From Octopus vulgaris (taxonomy: Eukaryota): a DNA stretch of 64,000 bases. The notes beneath the pieces were generated by a model. The model did not search any database. It saw only the letters and a program-made list of their open reading frames with translations, and was not told the origin of the DNA. Position numbers and translations under genes: made by a program. Shown piece by piece: positions 1-12,731 of the stretch (its first letter is position 1; every line of letters starts with the position of its first letter). The stretch is taken from assembly GCA_951406725.2 (NCBI GenBank), contig OX597827.1, positions 56,110,001 through 56,174,000 on the forward strand, given 5' to 3'.

Positions 1-176
1 AGGGGAACATTCTAGGTTCAATCCCATGGTTATTCATGACCAGGGGTGGAGGCATTGCTTTATCCTATATATTCTCACCAGAGTCACATAATTAAGTTTA
101 ATTGTATACTAACAATAACAACAAAAGTAATTTAAAGTGTCTTATAATTAATTAAAAATTTTTTTTTTTTTTCTAG

Positions 177-1895
177 ATTTGAAACCTAAGTTGGCTCAAG
201 TATCCTCGGAACTATCCAGAACTGAAAAGTTAGCCAATAGTACCACTTTTCTCCAAACCCATATTTTTGAATTCCTGTCCAACAGAACCAAATATATAGC
301 TGCTGAACTGAAAGAAACCACTGCTGAGCTTGAACTTATTCTGAATAAAATTGAGACCTTGAATAATTTGGCAGAGAAAGTTCTTGCAGATGAGGACAAT
401 TTAAGAAAGCTCCTGGAAAAGAGGAAGAAAGAAAAAGAGAAGCGAATGGAAAAAGACAAAAAGAAGGCGAAGAATATGACTGGGAAAAAGAAGAAACCAA
501 AGGGAAAGAAAAATGATAAACAGCGAGACAGATCTGAGGCATCAGGTGGGAAGCGTAAATCAAAGGTAAACACAACTGAAGAGGATGAGGATGAGTATGA
601 TGAGGATGGTGATGATGATGGTGGTGTAGATGTGGTACCTCCCATCAGAAATAAAAAGAGAAAGAAGGAAAGAGATGAAATTAAAACAGAATCGGAAAGT
701 GATGTGAGTCTTGGAGATGGGAAGAATTTAGGTAGTAAAGGAAACAGGAAGAAAGCTGATAAACATTCTGGCAGAAACGGGAATTCAGTGATTGTAAATA
801 GACAAGATAAAAAGGTCAATGGACAAAGAAAGAGAGGTAAAAGTGATGTAAGCGAGAAGGAAGATGAGATTGAAGGAGAGAATAGAAAAGGGAAGAAAAG
901 GAAGAAAGAGAGTAAAGGGAAAAGTGATGTAAAGAAAAAAGTTGAGGTGGAGGAAAAGAATGAAAAGGTGAAAAAAAAGAAACCACATGAAAAAGATGAA
1001 AAGGAAAATGACAAGATTGGTGGCAGTAAGGATAACAAGGAAGAAAATTGGTTGGATGTTTGGGAAGATTTGGTAAACTTTGAAAATATGGTCAGAAAGA
1101 ACGAAAGCCTAAAATTGGTAAGTGAAGAAACAAGTAGCAAAAAATCCAATAAAGCTGAACTTGAAAGAAAAACAACAAAAGATGAAAATAATGACAGGGA
1201 AGAAGTTTTGGTACTTAAAAAAGATGATTGGAGCAATAAGAAGAAGAATGGTAATGAAAAAAATGAAGGTAAAGATACTAAAAGCAAGAAAAGGAAAAGC
1301 AAGAGAAGGAAGGACATGAACAAGACAGAAAGTAAGGAGAAGGGTGGCAGTTCTAACACCAAGAAAGAAAATTGGTTAGATTTGTGGGAAAATTTGATAG
1401 AGTCTCAAGAATTGTTGAAGAAAGGTGGAAGTGAAGATTTAAATAGAAATGAAGAAAGTCAATTTCAAAATGAGCAAAATGTGGCTGAGAGAAAAGATGG
1501 ATATTATGAAAAGCAGCAAGAAAAAGAAGGAGGCAAGGAAATCAAAGATTTTGAAAAGGAGAATAGCAAGAATGTTGGTAACATAGTAAATATAAAGAAG
1601 CAGAAACATTATAAAATACTTACAAAAGAAGATCAAGAGTCGAGAAAGAATAAATTAAAATTGAAAATTAAAAAACTACAAAGATATAGAAGAGATTTGC
1701 GAAGCACTGACAAAAACAGGAGATCTTTTGATAGAAAGAGAGATGCCAGGCGGAGAAGACGGATGAGAAAGAAGAGAAGAAGAAATCCGCGTAGAAGGGA
1801 TAGAACACATGCAAGATTGCAGTCAGATAAAGCAGAAGATGAAGATGCTGTCGTAAAATTTGTCACAAAATTAAATAAGCAGATTGAAATTGATG
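177..1895 (+). CDS. LAMA: Laminin alpha-like exon A: coiled coil plus long Lys/Glu/Arg-rich low-complexity insert (phase 1-1, 1719 bp)
   Basis: T-tract ttctag acceptor at 175-176; open for 573 codons; donor G|gtaatt at 1895/1896; phase matches the exon at 5135. Confidence 0.8.
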
Positions 1896-1929
1896 GTAAT
1901 TAACTATTTTTAAAAATATTTTTGAACCA

Positions 1930-2072
1930 AGGCGCAGGAGTGGCTGTGTGGTAAGTAGCTTGTTTACCAACCACATGGTGACACCTTGGGCATGTGTCTT
2001 CTACTATAGCCTCGGCCGACCAAAGCCTTGTGAGTGGATTTGGTAGACGGAAACTGAAAGAAGCCCGTCATA

Positions 2073-2110
<38 letters not shown>

Positions 2111-2391
2111 CGTTTGTGTGTCTGTGATTGTCCCCCTAGCATTGCTTGACAACCGATGCTGGTGTGTTTATGTCCCCGTTTCTTAGTGATTCGGCAAAAG
2201 AGACCGATAGAATAAGTACTGGGCTTACAAAAGAATAAGTCCCTGGGTTGAGTTGCTCGATTTAAGGTGGTGCTCCAGCATGGCCACAGTCAAATGAGTG
2301 AAACAAGTAAAAGAGTAAAAAGAGAGAGAGAATCACTTCCAAAGCCTTGTTAGTGGATTTGGTAGACGGAAACTGAAAGAAGCCCATCGTA

Positions 2392-2430
<39 letters not shown>

Positions 2431-2660
2431 GTGTGTGTGTTTGTGTGTCTGTGTTTGTCCCCCTAGCATTGCTTGACAACCGATGCTGGTGTGTTTATGT
2501 CCTCGTTACTTAGCGATTCGGCAAAAGAGACCGATAGAATAAGTACTGGGCTTACAAAAGAATAAGTCCCGGGGTCGAGTTGCTCGATTAAAGGAGGTGC
2601 TCCAGCATGGCCGCAGTCAAATGTGTGAAACAAGTAAAAGAGTAAAAAGAGAGAGAGAAT
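1930..2660 (+). mobile_element. tRNA-derived SINE family A with tandem duplication of its 3' part
   Basis: Head aggcgcaggagtggctgtgtggtaag, internal (TA)/(TG) tract, tail actgaaacaagtaaaagag; 2341-2660 repeats the 3' part including the flank gagagaatcactt. Confidence 0.85.
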
Positions 2661-3334
2661 CACTTCTAAATATTTTTCATAATTTGTGACAAATTTCCCC
2701 AGCTTTACTTTTCATGCTTCAAATTTTCTCCTATTGAATATTAAAATTGTCATGAGCATGTTATACAGTGAGAATCAAAATGATGGCATGCATATTCATT
2801 TTTAACACATTTCAGCAGATTCAGGCGTTAATATCCTAACTGCTGTTAAGGCAGAACTGTTGGCCTGCTGGGCAAAATCCTTAGCAGCAGTTCATCTATC
2901 CTCGTGTTCTGAGTTCAAATTCTGCTAAGGTTGACTTTGCCTTTCATCCTCAAAAAGATGAAAGGCAAATAAGTTCCAGCTGTACACTGGGGTCAATGCA
3001 ATCAACTTAGCCCCTTCCTGAAATTGCTGGCCTTCTGCCAAAATTTGAAATCAACATGTTAATTGCTGTTGTATTTTACCTTCAGAAAACAACATCTGAA
3101 GATGATGTGTGTTGATGCCATTGTCTGTTAAAACACTGATGTCTCTGTGTCTCTTTACATCACTGAATTGAGTGTGTTATCAATAAACATTGTGTAAAGG
3201 GAAAAGGTGGAATACAATAGAGGTTACCATAATTACATTCAACTGTACCAAAATGTGTTAACAATAAATATGCACACCATCATTTTTTTCAATATTTTCC
3301 AAATGCATTTATTTATTTATTTTTTTTTTTCATT

Positions 3335-3718
3335 TTGTTTACTTGTTTCAGTCATTTGACTGCGGCCGTGCTGGGGCACCACCTTTAAGGGTTTCAGTGA
3401 AACAAATCAACCCTGGAACTTATAATTTTAAGCCTAGTGCTTATTGCTAAGTTACAGGGATGTAAGCACACTAACACCAGTTGTCAAACAATGATGGAGG
3501 AACAAACACAAACATACACACACACACACACACACACGGAGACACACACACACACACATGATGGACTTCTTTTAGTTTCTGTCTACCAAATTCACTCACA
3601 AGGCTTTGGTCTGCCTGAGGTTATTGTAGAAGACATTTGCCCAAGGTGTCATGCAGTGGGACTGAACCCGGAACTGTGTGGTTGGGAAGCAAGATTTTTA
3701 CCACACTGCTATGCCTGT
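3335..3718 (-). mobile_element. SINE family A, diverged
   Basis: Reverse-complement match to the family A body and head. Confidence 0.8.
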
Positions 3719-4078
3719 ATCTATATTTACAATCTTTTAAAACTAAAAACATGTTTCAAAACTGGAAAAAAAATTATACCTTTCTTCATTTGATCATTTT
3801 ATCATATCAGTTCTTCATTTTGCTATTTTTAATGTTTGTTTTTAACATCAGAACATGGTCACAACTTTGTTAGTGAATGGGAATCGGTTTAAATCGATCC
3901 ATGTAGATAACAACTATTTCATTATAACCTGTCCCGAGGGAATTTAAAGCTGAGGAAACATAGCAAGAATTGAACTCAGCATGCTGATGGATGAAATTAC
4001 ATGTTTTGAAACATTTAATCTGGGACTGTTTTTTGTCATTTTATTGCCTAATAATAATTTTTTTTTTTAATAATAAAA

Positions 4079-4133
<55 letters not shown>

Positions 4134-4140
4134 GTGGTGT

Positions 4141-4196
<56 letters not shown>

Positions 4197-4229
4197 ATTA
4201 TAATAATAATAGTAATAATAATAATAATC

Positions 4230-4830
4230 ATTTCCACTATAAGTACAAGGCCTGAAATTTCTGGGGAGGGGGCCAGTCAATTAGATCGACCCAAGTATAC
4301 AAGTCGTACTTATTTTATCAACCCTGAAAAGATGAAAGGCAAAGTCGACCTCAGAGGAACTCAGAATGTAAAGACAGGTGAAATACTGCTAAGCATTTCA
4401 TCCAGTGTGCTAACAATTCTGCCAGCTCGCTGCCTCTTCTACAAAACCATATTCTTGAATTCCTGTCCAACAGAACCAAATACATAGATGAACTGAAAGA
4501 AACCATAATAATAGTTTCAAATTTTGGTACAAGGCTGGCAATTTCAGGGGTGGCAATAGATTGATTACATCAATTACAGTGCTCAGCCGGTACTTATTTC
4601 ATCAACCCCCAAAGTATGAAAGGCAAAATCAACCTCAGGGGAATTTGAACTCAGAACATAAAGACAGATGAAATGCCACTAAGTATTTTGTCTGGTGTGC
4701 TAACAATTCAGCCAGCTGACTGCCTTGAACATAATGATTTCAAATTTTGGTACAAGGCCAAAAATTTCAGGTATGACATAAGTCGATTACATTGACTCCG
4801 GTGCTCAACAGGTACTTATTTTATTGACCT
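4230..4830 (-). mobile_element. Cluster of SINE family B (CORE-like) copies
   Basis: Repeated gatgaaaggcaaagtcgacctc...gaactcagaa...ttctgccagctcgc. Confidence 0.75.
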
Positions 4831-5134
4831 CAAACTGCTAAGTTACAGGGATGTGCACACACCAACACCAGTTCTCAATTGGTAGTGAGGGACAAACACA
4901 GACACAAAGACATACACACACAACATCGTATACAACAGGTTTCTTTCAGTTTCTATCTACTATCCATTCATAAGGCTTTGATCAGCCCAAGAATATAGTA
5001 GAAGGCAAAGGTTCCACATTGGGACTGAACCCCGAATTATGTAGTTGGGAAGCGAGCTTCTTATCACACAGCCATGCCTGAACCTATTATGAATATGTAT
5101 GTGTAATTTAAAAAAAATTTTTTTTATTTTGCAG

Positions 5135-5298
5135 TTGCTAAAAGCAAGGAAAATATTGTTATTATGAACAAAACCTTGCAGGAACTTCCGAAAGACTTAC
5201 ACCAGTCAGTTATTAGTAACGTGGAACAGCTGCGAATGAATATCTCCCAGATCCAATACAAAATTCACTTGGCACGGACATTGTTGTCTGCAATGAAG
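5135..5298 (+). CDS. LAMA: Laminin alpha-like exon B, end of coiled coil (VAKSKENIV...ARTLLSAMK)
   Basis: ttttgcag acceptor, AAG|gtact donor, phase 1-0. Confidence 0.88.
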
Positions 5299-5415
5299 GT
5301 ACTACTACTACTACTACTACTACTTCACTCCTCAATTTGTGTGTGTATGTGTGTGTGTGTGTGTGTATGTGTGTGTGTGTGTGTGCAGTGTGTGGCATCT
5401 TGGGCAACAGTCTTC

Positions 5416-5760
5416 AGATCTTTTCGGTTTGAACGGCAGTTTTTAACATAATTTCTTGGTAACTAAAAAATTTTAAACTTCGTATACTGGTAGAATGTGT
5501 TTATAAAACATCTTTTTCTCTTGGCTTTATTGAGAAAATTCTATAGTTTGTAAGATATTTGTTGTTTTTTTTTCTTCAATTTCTGCAATTTCAATCAATC
5601 AATGACGTTTGTTGAGGTGAAAACATTCTGTGTCGTATGAATATGTCCCTCGTTTAAGAAACAGATTGAAATGCAATAGATCGATACTAGGGTTATAAAT
5701 ATGGGTGTCAATTTCATATGACACCGCTAGAAAAAACTGCCGTTCAAACCGAAAAGATCC
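5416..5760. mobile_element. MITE, Merlin-like, inserted into a SINE
   Basis: TIR (g/a)gatcttttcggtttgaacggcagttttt at both ends; near-perfect 8-bp TSD cagtcttc/tagtcttc. Confidence 0.75.
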
Positions 5761-6454
5761 TAGTCTTCTACTATAGCCTTGGGCTGATCAAATTGATTCC
5801 TGGACTGGGTGATGTACAAAACACTTTATTTCACATTACTTTAGTCCATCCAGCTGAAAAAATGAGTATTCCTGTGACGGGCCAGCAATCCATCCAATGG
5901 AGAGATATATACCCCACAGAATCCTATATATATATATATATATATATATATCATCATCATCATCATCATCATCATTTAACGTCCGCTTTCCATGCTAATG
6001 TATGTGTATACACACACACACATACATGCGTATATGTATGTATGCCTGTGTGGGTGGTTGTATGTGTGTGTTTGCATCTCTTTGTCTTGGCATTGCATGA
6101 TAGACATTTGTAAATGAGTGTTACTCTTATACAAGTGGTGTCATTCATTTCCAGTCTTTTCTCAAAAACATGTCTCACTATGGGGAAAATATTACCTTGC
6201 ATGGAATCAGGCAACAGGGAGGCCATCAAGCTGTAGAAAATCTACAATAGTGAAATCTGTCTTGGAAAAGGAGACATTACAATGATGATGATGGGACAAT
6301 GATGATACCAGATTTCTTTATTCATGTTTTGTTTTTCATTATGCTTCAATTTATGAATTTTTTCTTTACTATTTATTTATTTTGCATTTATTTTAATAAT
6401 TTGCATTTATTTTATTTTATATTTTAATATTCATTTACTTATATCTGTTTGCAG

Positions 6455-6601
6455 ATCCCTGTGAAATTCACAGGCAAAGATTATCTAAAAGTACCATTAC
6501 ATCCTGGTTATGATTCTAGAAAAATCCAGTCAGATATGGATGTTTGTGTTAAACCAAAACTGAAGAGTGGCGCCATTCTTGCAGTAAACATCAATAATTC
6601 T
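6455..6601 (+). CDS. LAMA: Laminin alpha-like exon C, LG1 start (IPVKFTGKDYLKVP...NINNS)
   Basis: tttgcag acceptor, gtaagt donor, phase 0-0. Confidence 0.88.
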
Positions 6602-6873
6602 GTAAGTTCTTTTTACTCTCTTACTCTTTAACTGAACAGTGGGATTGCTGGTACACTGCTTTCAAGGGTTTTAGTCAGTTTCACAAATCTTTATAACTAA
6701 CCTGGTTTCGATTTTATTGATCCATATTTAACAAACTGTGAAGTTCAGTATTCAGCTATGGAATTACATCCTTACTTGGCTGGAAATATCACAAAGTATT
6801 CACACTGGTAAATGTAAACACATACACACACAAACATACTCACGTATGTCCGTACGTACATACATACACACAT

Positions 6874-6904
<31 letters not shown>

Positions 6905-6932
6905 TATACATACACACACACACACACACACA

Positions 6933-7175
6933 GTGCCAGTGGCATGTGTAAAAAGATCCGAGTGAGGTCGTTGCCAGTACCACCTGACTGGCCCCTGTGC
7001 CAGTGGCACGTAAAAGCACCCACTACACTCTCGGAGTGGTTGGCATTAGGAAGGGCATCTAGCTGTAGAAACTCTGCCAGATCAAGATTGGAGCCTGGTG
7101 CAGCCATCTGGTTTACCAGACCTCAGTCAAATCATCCAACCCATGCTACCATGGAAAGCGGACGTTAAACTATGA
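6933..7175 (+). mobile_element. RTE-tail-type retroelement 3' end
   Basis: ggagtggttggcattaggaagggcatc...catggaaagcggacgttaaa, same family as 24668 and 38052. Confidence 0.7.
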
Positions 7176-8912
7176 TACACACACACATATATATATATAT
7201 GCTTGTTTGTGACTAAAGAGTCTTTGACTATTGTTTCTATCAATGCTGGTGCTGCCCTGCACTCTTAGTCAAGTTTAGTGAAGATGAATTTTTTTCCTTT
7301 CTGGTTTTAAATTGCATCTAGCCAGCTTAATCATTTTATAACATTCACGTTACCATTCTGCTAAATCAGTCATTGATTCCTATGGTAAATTCTATAAATA
7401 CTGACATGCGAAATTCAGTTTCACCATCAGCAATGGAGTAGCATCACTGATGATCTTTGATTTCATGCGAAATTGGCATGCCAATCTGATGTCCTCATTT
7501 GCTATGAGGAGGTTGTCTCCCTTGTCAGTACATAGAATTGTGCTTGTTTGTGGCTAAAGAGCCTTTGACTCTTATTTCTAGCAATGCTGGTGCTGTCCTG
7601 CACCCTTAGTCACTTTTAGTGATGATGAATTTTTTCCTTTTTGGTTTAAATTCCATCTAGCCAACTTAATCATTTTATATATATATATAGGGAGAGAATT
7701 CATGAAAAAAACAAAAGTCGAAGACAGGTGGTGTAAAAAACAAACAGATGTATTAGGATAACGTTCGGGAATTGAAAAAGTTTTTAATGTTTTGAGCCTA
7801 TGCTCTTCCACAGAAAGGAACACAGACAGAAACAAGGAGAGAAAAAAATGTGTGTTTTGCAAGATTCTTGATGTGAAAATGTGTGTTGAAACATGTTGTT
7901 ATAATAAAGATCATTAATTGATGTCCATGTTTCATGCTCACATAAGTTAGATCTTTTGACAAGATGTGATAGGTCTAAGGACTGCATTGTATTCCAATGT
8001 CTGTTTTGGCATGACTTCTATAACTGGACACCCTTCCTAATACCAACCACTTTATGTATTCTGAATGCTGTTTTCAGTGCCAGTGGCACTAATGAGGTCG
8101 CATGTAGCTCACTACCTCACTTAGTTCAACTGGAACTAGCAAAAAGCATCCAGTATACACACACACATATATATCACAGTTTCAATTTACCCAATTTCAC
8201 TCAAATCATTCACACCTTAAGCTGTTATAGAAGACACTTGAGCATAGTGCTACATAGTGGGGTCAGAGTGATCAGAACTAGAACCAAACTCCTTCACCAC
8301 ACATCCATGCCTTGCTTTCTTTCCTAAGCCCTTCACTCCATATGGAATACAGGTCATTGAAGGCATCTCTCTATTGTTCTCAAATCTGGACTGTCTTTTC
8401 TACTTCTCTACAGTTGGATCCCTGTTTTTTCAACTCTCCTTCAGTATCTTACCTTCAACAATTTTTAGGGCATCTTCCCTTGTGGGTAGCAGGTCAGGGC
8501 CTGATGTGTCATATTTCCCTGAGGGAAGGTCTTCTTCTCATGGGTTTTGTTGGTTTAAAATTGTCATTGATACTTCTGTAATTTTACATTTTTCTCGGTA
8601 GGGATGTTGACCCTATGCAAACCAATTATTACCACTAGGAAGAGGTGGTCCATATTAGTTTGGTCTTCATCCTTTCATCTGTCTGGCATGGGAGGCCCTA
8701 CCAAGACCTTGCACTCTATTGGCATATCTTTCTGGATCATTGAAGCATAAAAACCATGACACTACAACATGGACTGGTCCTTGCGGTGGACACAACCATA
8801 CCTGTACCCATCTTTAATTAGTTTTTCATTTTCTAACTTGTTTTTATCTATTTTCCTTGTTAGTGTTTGTGGGATAGGTTTGGATAGATTTGGGTATTTG
8901 TACATTGGGTGG

Positions 8913-9429
8913 AATTCTGGTTTAAGCACCCCATATAAACCCTCATAACTTTTTTATTTTTTTGGCATTTTCAGAAATTTTTTTACGAATTTGTGTTCTA
9001 CACACAGGAATTCATACAATTATGCAAAAAACATTTTTGGATGATTTAAGGACAATTTAGATGTTATTTCTAGCACATCTCATGACCACCTAATACCTTC
9101 CTTGTTTCTTTGTCATTTTGACATGTATTGATGTTTTTTTATATTTTTCTCCCCATAAACACATTTAATAGAATGATGTTGCACCTAAGAGCAGTCAATT
9201 GCTGGGATTTAAACAAAATATTTGGCCTGTCTGTATTTTAAACACTGATTAAAAAAAAATTTGAAAATGAGTGGAACTTTTAGGATTTATGGGATGTGGG
9301 GTGGACAGTTAAAAAAAATCATAATTATGAATTCCTGTGCATAGAACACAAATTTGGAAACATTTTCTGAAAGTTCCAAAAAAATATAAGCATTATGAGG
9401 AGTTATATGGGGTGCTTAAAGTAGGATTT
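8913..9429. mobile_element. MITE with long (~110 bp) imperfect TIRs
   Basis: tttaagcaccccatataa...gaattcata mirrored by tatgaattcc...ttatatggggtgcttaaa. Confidence 0.7.
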
Positions 9430-9529
9430 TGTCATACATTGTTGATGGAATTGTGTTTTGTATTATCCTTCCTCTTATTATTCAGCCAACCTGTTACTAG
9501 TTAAGAATCTGTGTAGGATATATTGTTAA

Positions 9530-9918
9530 CTAGCAGTGTTGCCCGGCGTTGCTCGGGTTTGTTTCGACCCTTTAGAATTGGAATTTTTGAAAAGTAAAAA
9601 TTTTACATTATGTAGCTTGTTATTCTCTTTAAGTGAACATTTTTCTGGTTGAAATACACCGAAAAGTGGCGACACAGCAGTAAAAAATCGTAATAAATTA
9701 GGCATTTTCATAGAAAAAAAAAGCACCGTTTTCATGTAAATAATTGTTAACATGGTCCGATTTGAATTTTTTCTTCTACGGAAGGAAGAGCAAGCCTTCT
9801 TCTATCATACTCTCAATTTTGGTCAACTTGTGCCGCAGGGTCTCAGGGGAAATAGTGTTAGTTGAAGGTTACCAAACCTGCCATACACAGACAACTTCAG
9901 CTTTATATAGAGAGAGAT
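9530..9918 (-). mobile_element. Non-autonomous Helitron
   Basis: 5' TC(TC)nTATATAAAGCTGAAG and 3' hairpin cccgagcaacgccggg...CTAG on the - strand; same family as 61478. Confidence 0.8.
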
Positions 9919-10368
9919 AGAGATTTTTAAAAAATATACTAAAGAAAGCAGAGTTACCTACCTTGTCTCAGAGACGTACACCATAGTTTTATGATTTACT
10001 GTTTAGTCATCCACCCAGCATACTAATCTTGTCACAATGATCATATCTATAAGATATGCATTGGTGTCTACAAGACATTTATTGTGTTTATCAGATATTC
10101 ATCCCAATTGCCCTTATAAGACATTTAATTGTCTATAAAAAAATAATTCTGTCTATAAGCCTTGGATTTAGTCCCGTCACACTGTGGCATCTTGGGCAAA
10201 TGTCTTCTACTATATATGCACAGGTGTGGCTGTCTGATATGAAATTTGCTTCTCACCCACATGGTTTCAGGTTCAGTATGTACCTTGGGCAAACGTCTTC
10301 TAATATGACCCTGGGCCAACCAATTCCTTATGTATGGATTTGGTAGTTGGAAACTGAAAGAAGCCCAT

Positions 10369-10448
<80 letters not shown>

Positions 10449-10449
10449 T

Positions 10450-10834
10450 ATCTCTCTCTATATAAACGGCAGTTTGTCTGTGCGTTTTCTGTGTGTCTGT
10501 TTTCTCGTACCCTCACTCTGACCACGGCTTTCAACCGATTCTGATGAAACTTGACACACACATAGCCCAATGTCATAATTCAAAACTAACGCAGCGAAAA
10601 TTTTGAAAAGTTCCCCCAGTTCTGAAAAAAATCGATAAATTCGACATGGGGTCGAGAATCAGAAACCCAAACCACAGACCGTCTAGGGGACGCAACTCCA
10701 ACTTTTTTAACTCTCAAAAAAAATTTACCATCATTTTTTTTCCATTTTTTTGCTATTTTTTGGCTATAACTCTCTAAAAATGCTTTATAGTTATTTCCCT
10801 TACAAACCTGAGCAACGCCGGGCGATACTGCTAG
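10450..10834 (+). mobile_element. Non-autonomous Helitron, different body with a shared 3' end
   Basis: TCTCTCTCTATATAAACGGC start, gagcaacgccgggcgatactgCTAG|t end. Confidence 0.8.
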
Positions 10835-11087
10835 TATATATATACACACACACACACACATATATGTATACATATACATATATTTTATTCTTTTATTTGT
10901 GTCAGTCATTTGACTGCGGCCATGCTGGAGCACCGCCTTTTAGTCAAAGAAATGGCCCCCAGGACTTATTCTTTGTAAGCCTGGTACTTATTCTATCGAT
11001 CTCTTTTGTTGAACCGCTAACTTACAGGGATGTAAACACACCAAGATCAGTTGTCAAGCAGTGGTGGGGGAACAAAGAAACACATAA

Positions 11088-11146
<59 letters not shown>

Positions 11147-11874
11147 GAAAATGGAGATAACATAGATTATCCGGTACATCGATTGGACCACATTTAAAGC
11201 TTGTTTATTGATAACCTATGTTTTTCCCCATTTTCTTCTATAGCCTCAGGCTGACCAAAGCCTTGTGAGTAGAGATGGTAGGCAGAAACTGAGAAAAGCC
11301 TATATATATGTCTGTGTGTGTGTGTGCCTTTATATCTGTTTGTCTCCACACTACTGCTTGATAACTGATGTTGGTGTGTTCACATCCCCATATCTTAGCA
11401 ATTCAACAAGAGAAACTGATAGAATGAGTACCAGGCTTAACAAAAAAAATAAGTACTGAGGTTGATTAATTCAACTAAAAATTCTTTAAGGCGATGCCTC
11501 AACATGGTCTCAGTCTTATGATTGAAACAAAAATTTTTTTTTATACATGTGTGTGTGTTTGTATATGTATGTATGCACACACATACATACACACACACAC
11601 ACACATGTATATGCTGTGTGTGCGTGTGTGTGTGTGTATGGATGTACATATATATTTAACACACACACTCTCTCCTTTCTTTAATACTTAATTCTCTTTT
11701 CATACTTTCTCCTGAATATCTATATTGCACCTGATTACTAACTATATATAAACACTTCATCTAAATGTACAATTTACGTGGCTCCACACAGGCACTTTTA
11801 TGTGTGTATATATGTATGTATCAATGAATGTATACATATATGTATATGTGTGTGTCTGTATGAATGTCTGTATT

Positions 11875-11906
<32 letters not shown>

Positions 11907-12577
11907 TGTGTACAGTGCTCAGGTGCACTACAACTCATCTAAAGTGTATATATAATCAGGTGTAGTTTCGGCGGATTTCGGAAAGCATGAGGGCCTTAAA
12001 AGATGCAATGTATGTATGTGTATTTGTCCCCACCACCACTTCATGACCAGTGTTAGTATTAGTAATCTCCCCATTACTTAGCAGTTCAGTAAAAGAGACT
12101 GATATAAGTACCAGGTTTTAAAATATAAGTTCTGACATCAATTTGTTCAACTAAACCCATCGAGGTTGTGCCTCAGCATGACTACAGTAATGACAGAAAC
12201 AAGTAAAAGATGTGTGTGTGTGTATGTGTGTGTCTATGTTTGTATTTGTCCCTCACTACCACTTGATCACTGGTGTTGGTTTGTTTATGTGTCTGTAACT
12301 TACCATTCGGCGAAAGAAGAAACCAACAGAACAAGTATCAGGCCTCAATTTGATTTTGACTAAATCCTTCAAGATGGTGCCCCAGCATGGCCACAGCCCA
12401 ATGACTGAAACAAGTAAAAGATGGAAAAAATATTTAAAAAATTTAACTAAGACATTGCAAACTAGTTTTGTAGTGTGTCCTCATTTCCCTCATTATCACC
12501 AACCTCATTTTTGCTCTGATTATTACACTTATCATAATCCTTAATATTGTAAGCATGAAATTTCCCACGCTTTTTCT

Positions 12578-12640
<63 letters not shown>

Positions 12641-12679
12641 ATTATTATTATTATTATTAGTAGTAGTAGTAGTAGTAGT

Positions 12680-12731
<52 letters not shown>

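Noticed and set aside
196-1362. 388-aa antisense ORF rich in F/L/S
   Set aside because: It is the shadow of the purine-rich sense exon, with no independent protein features.
12580-12731. (TAG)n followed by (CTA)n palindrome
   Set aside because: It is a simple microsatellite inversion with no sign of function.
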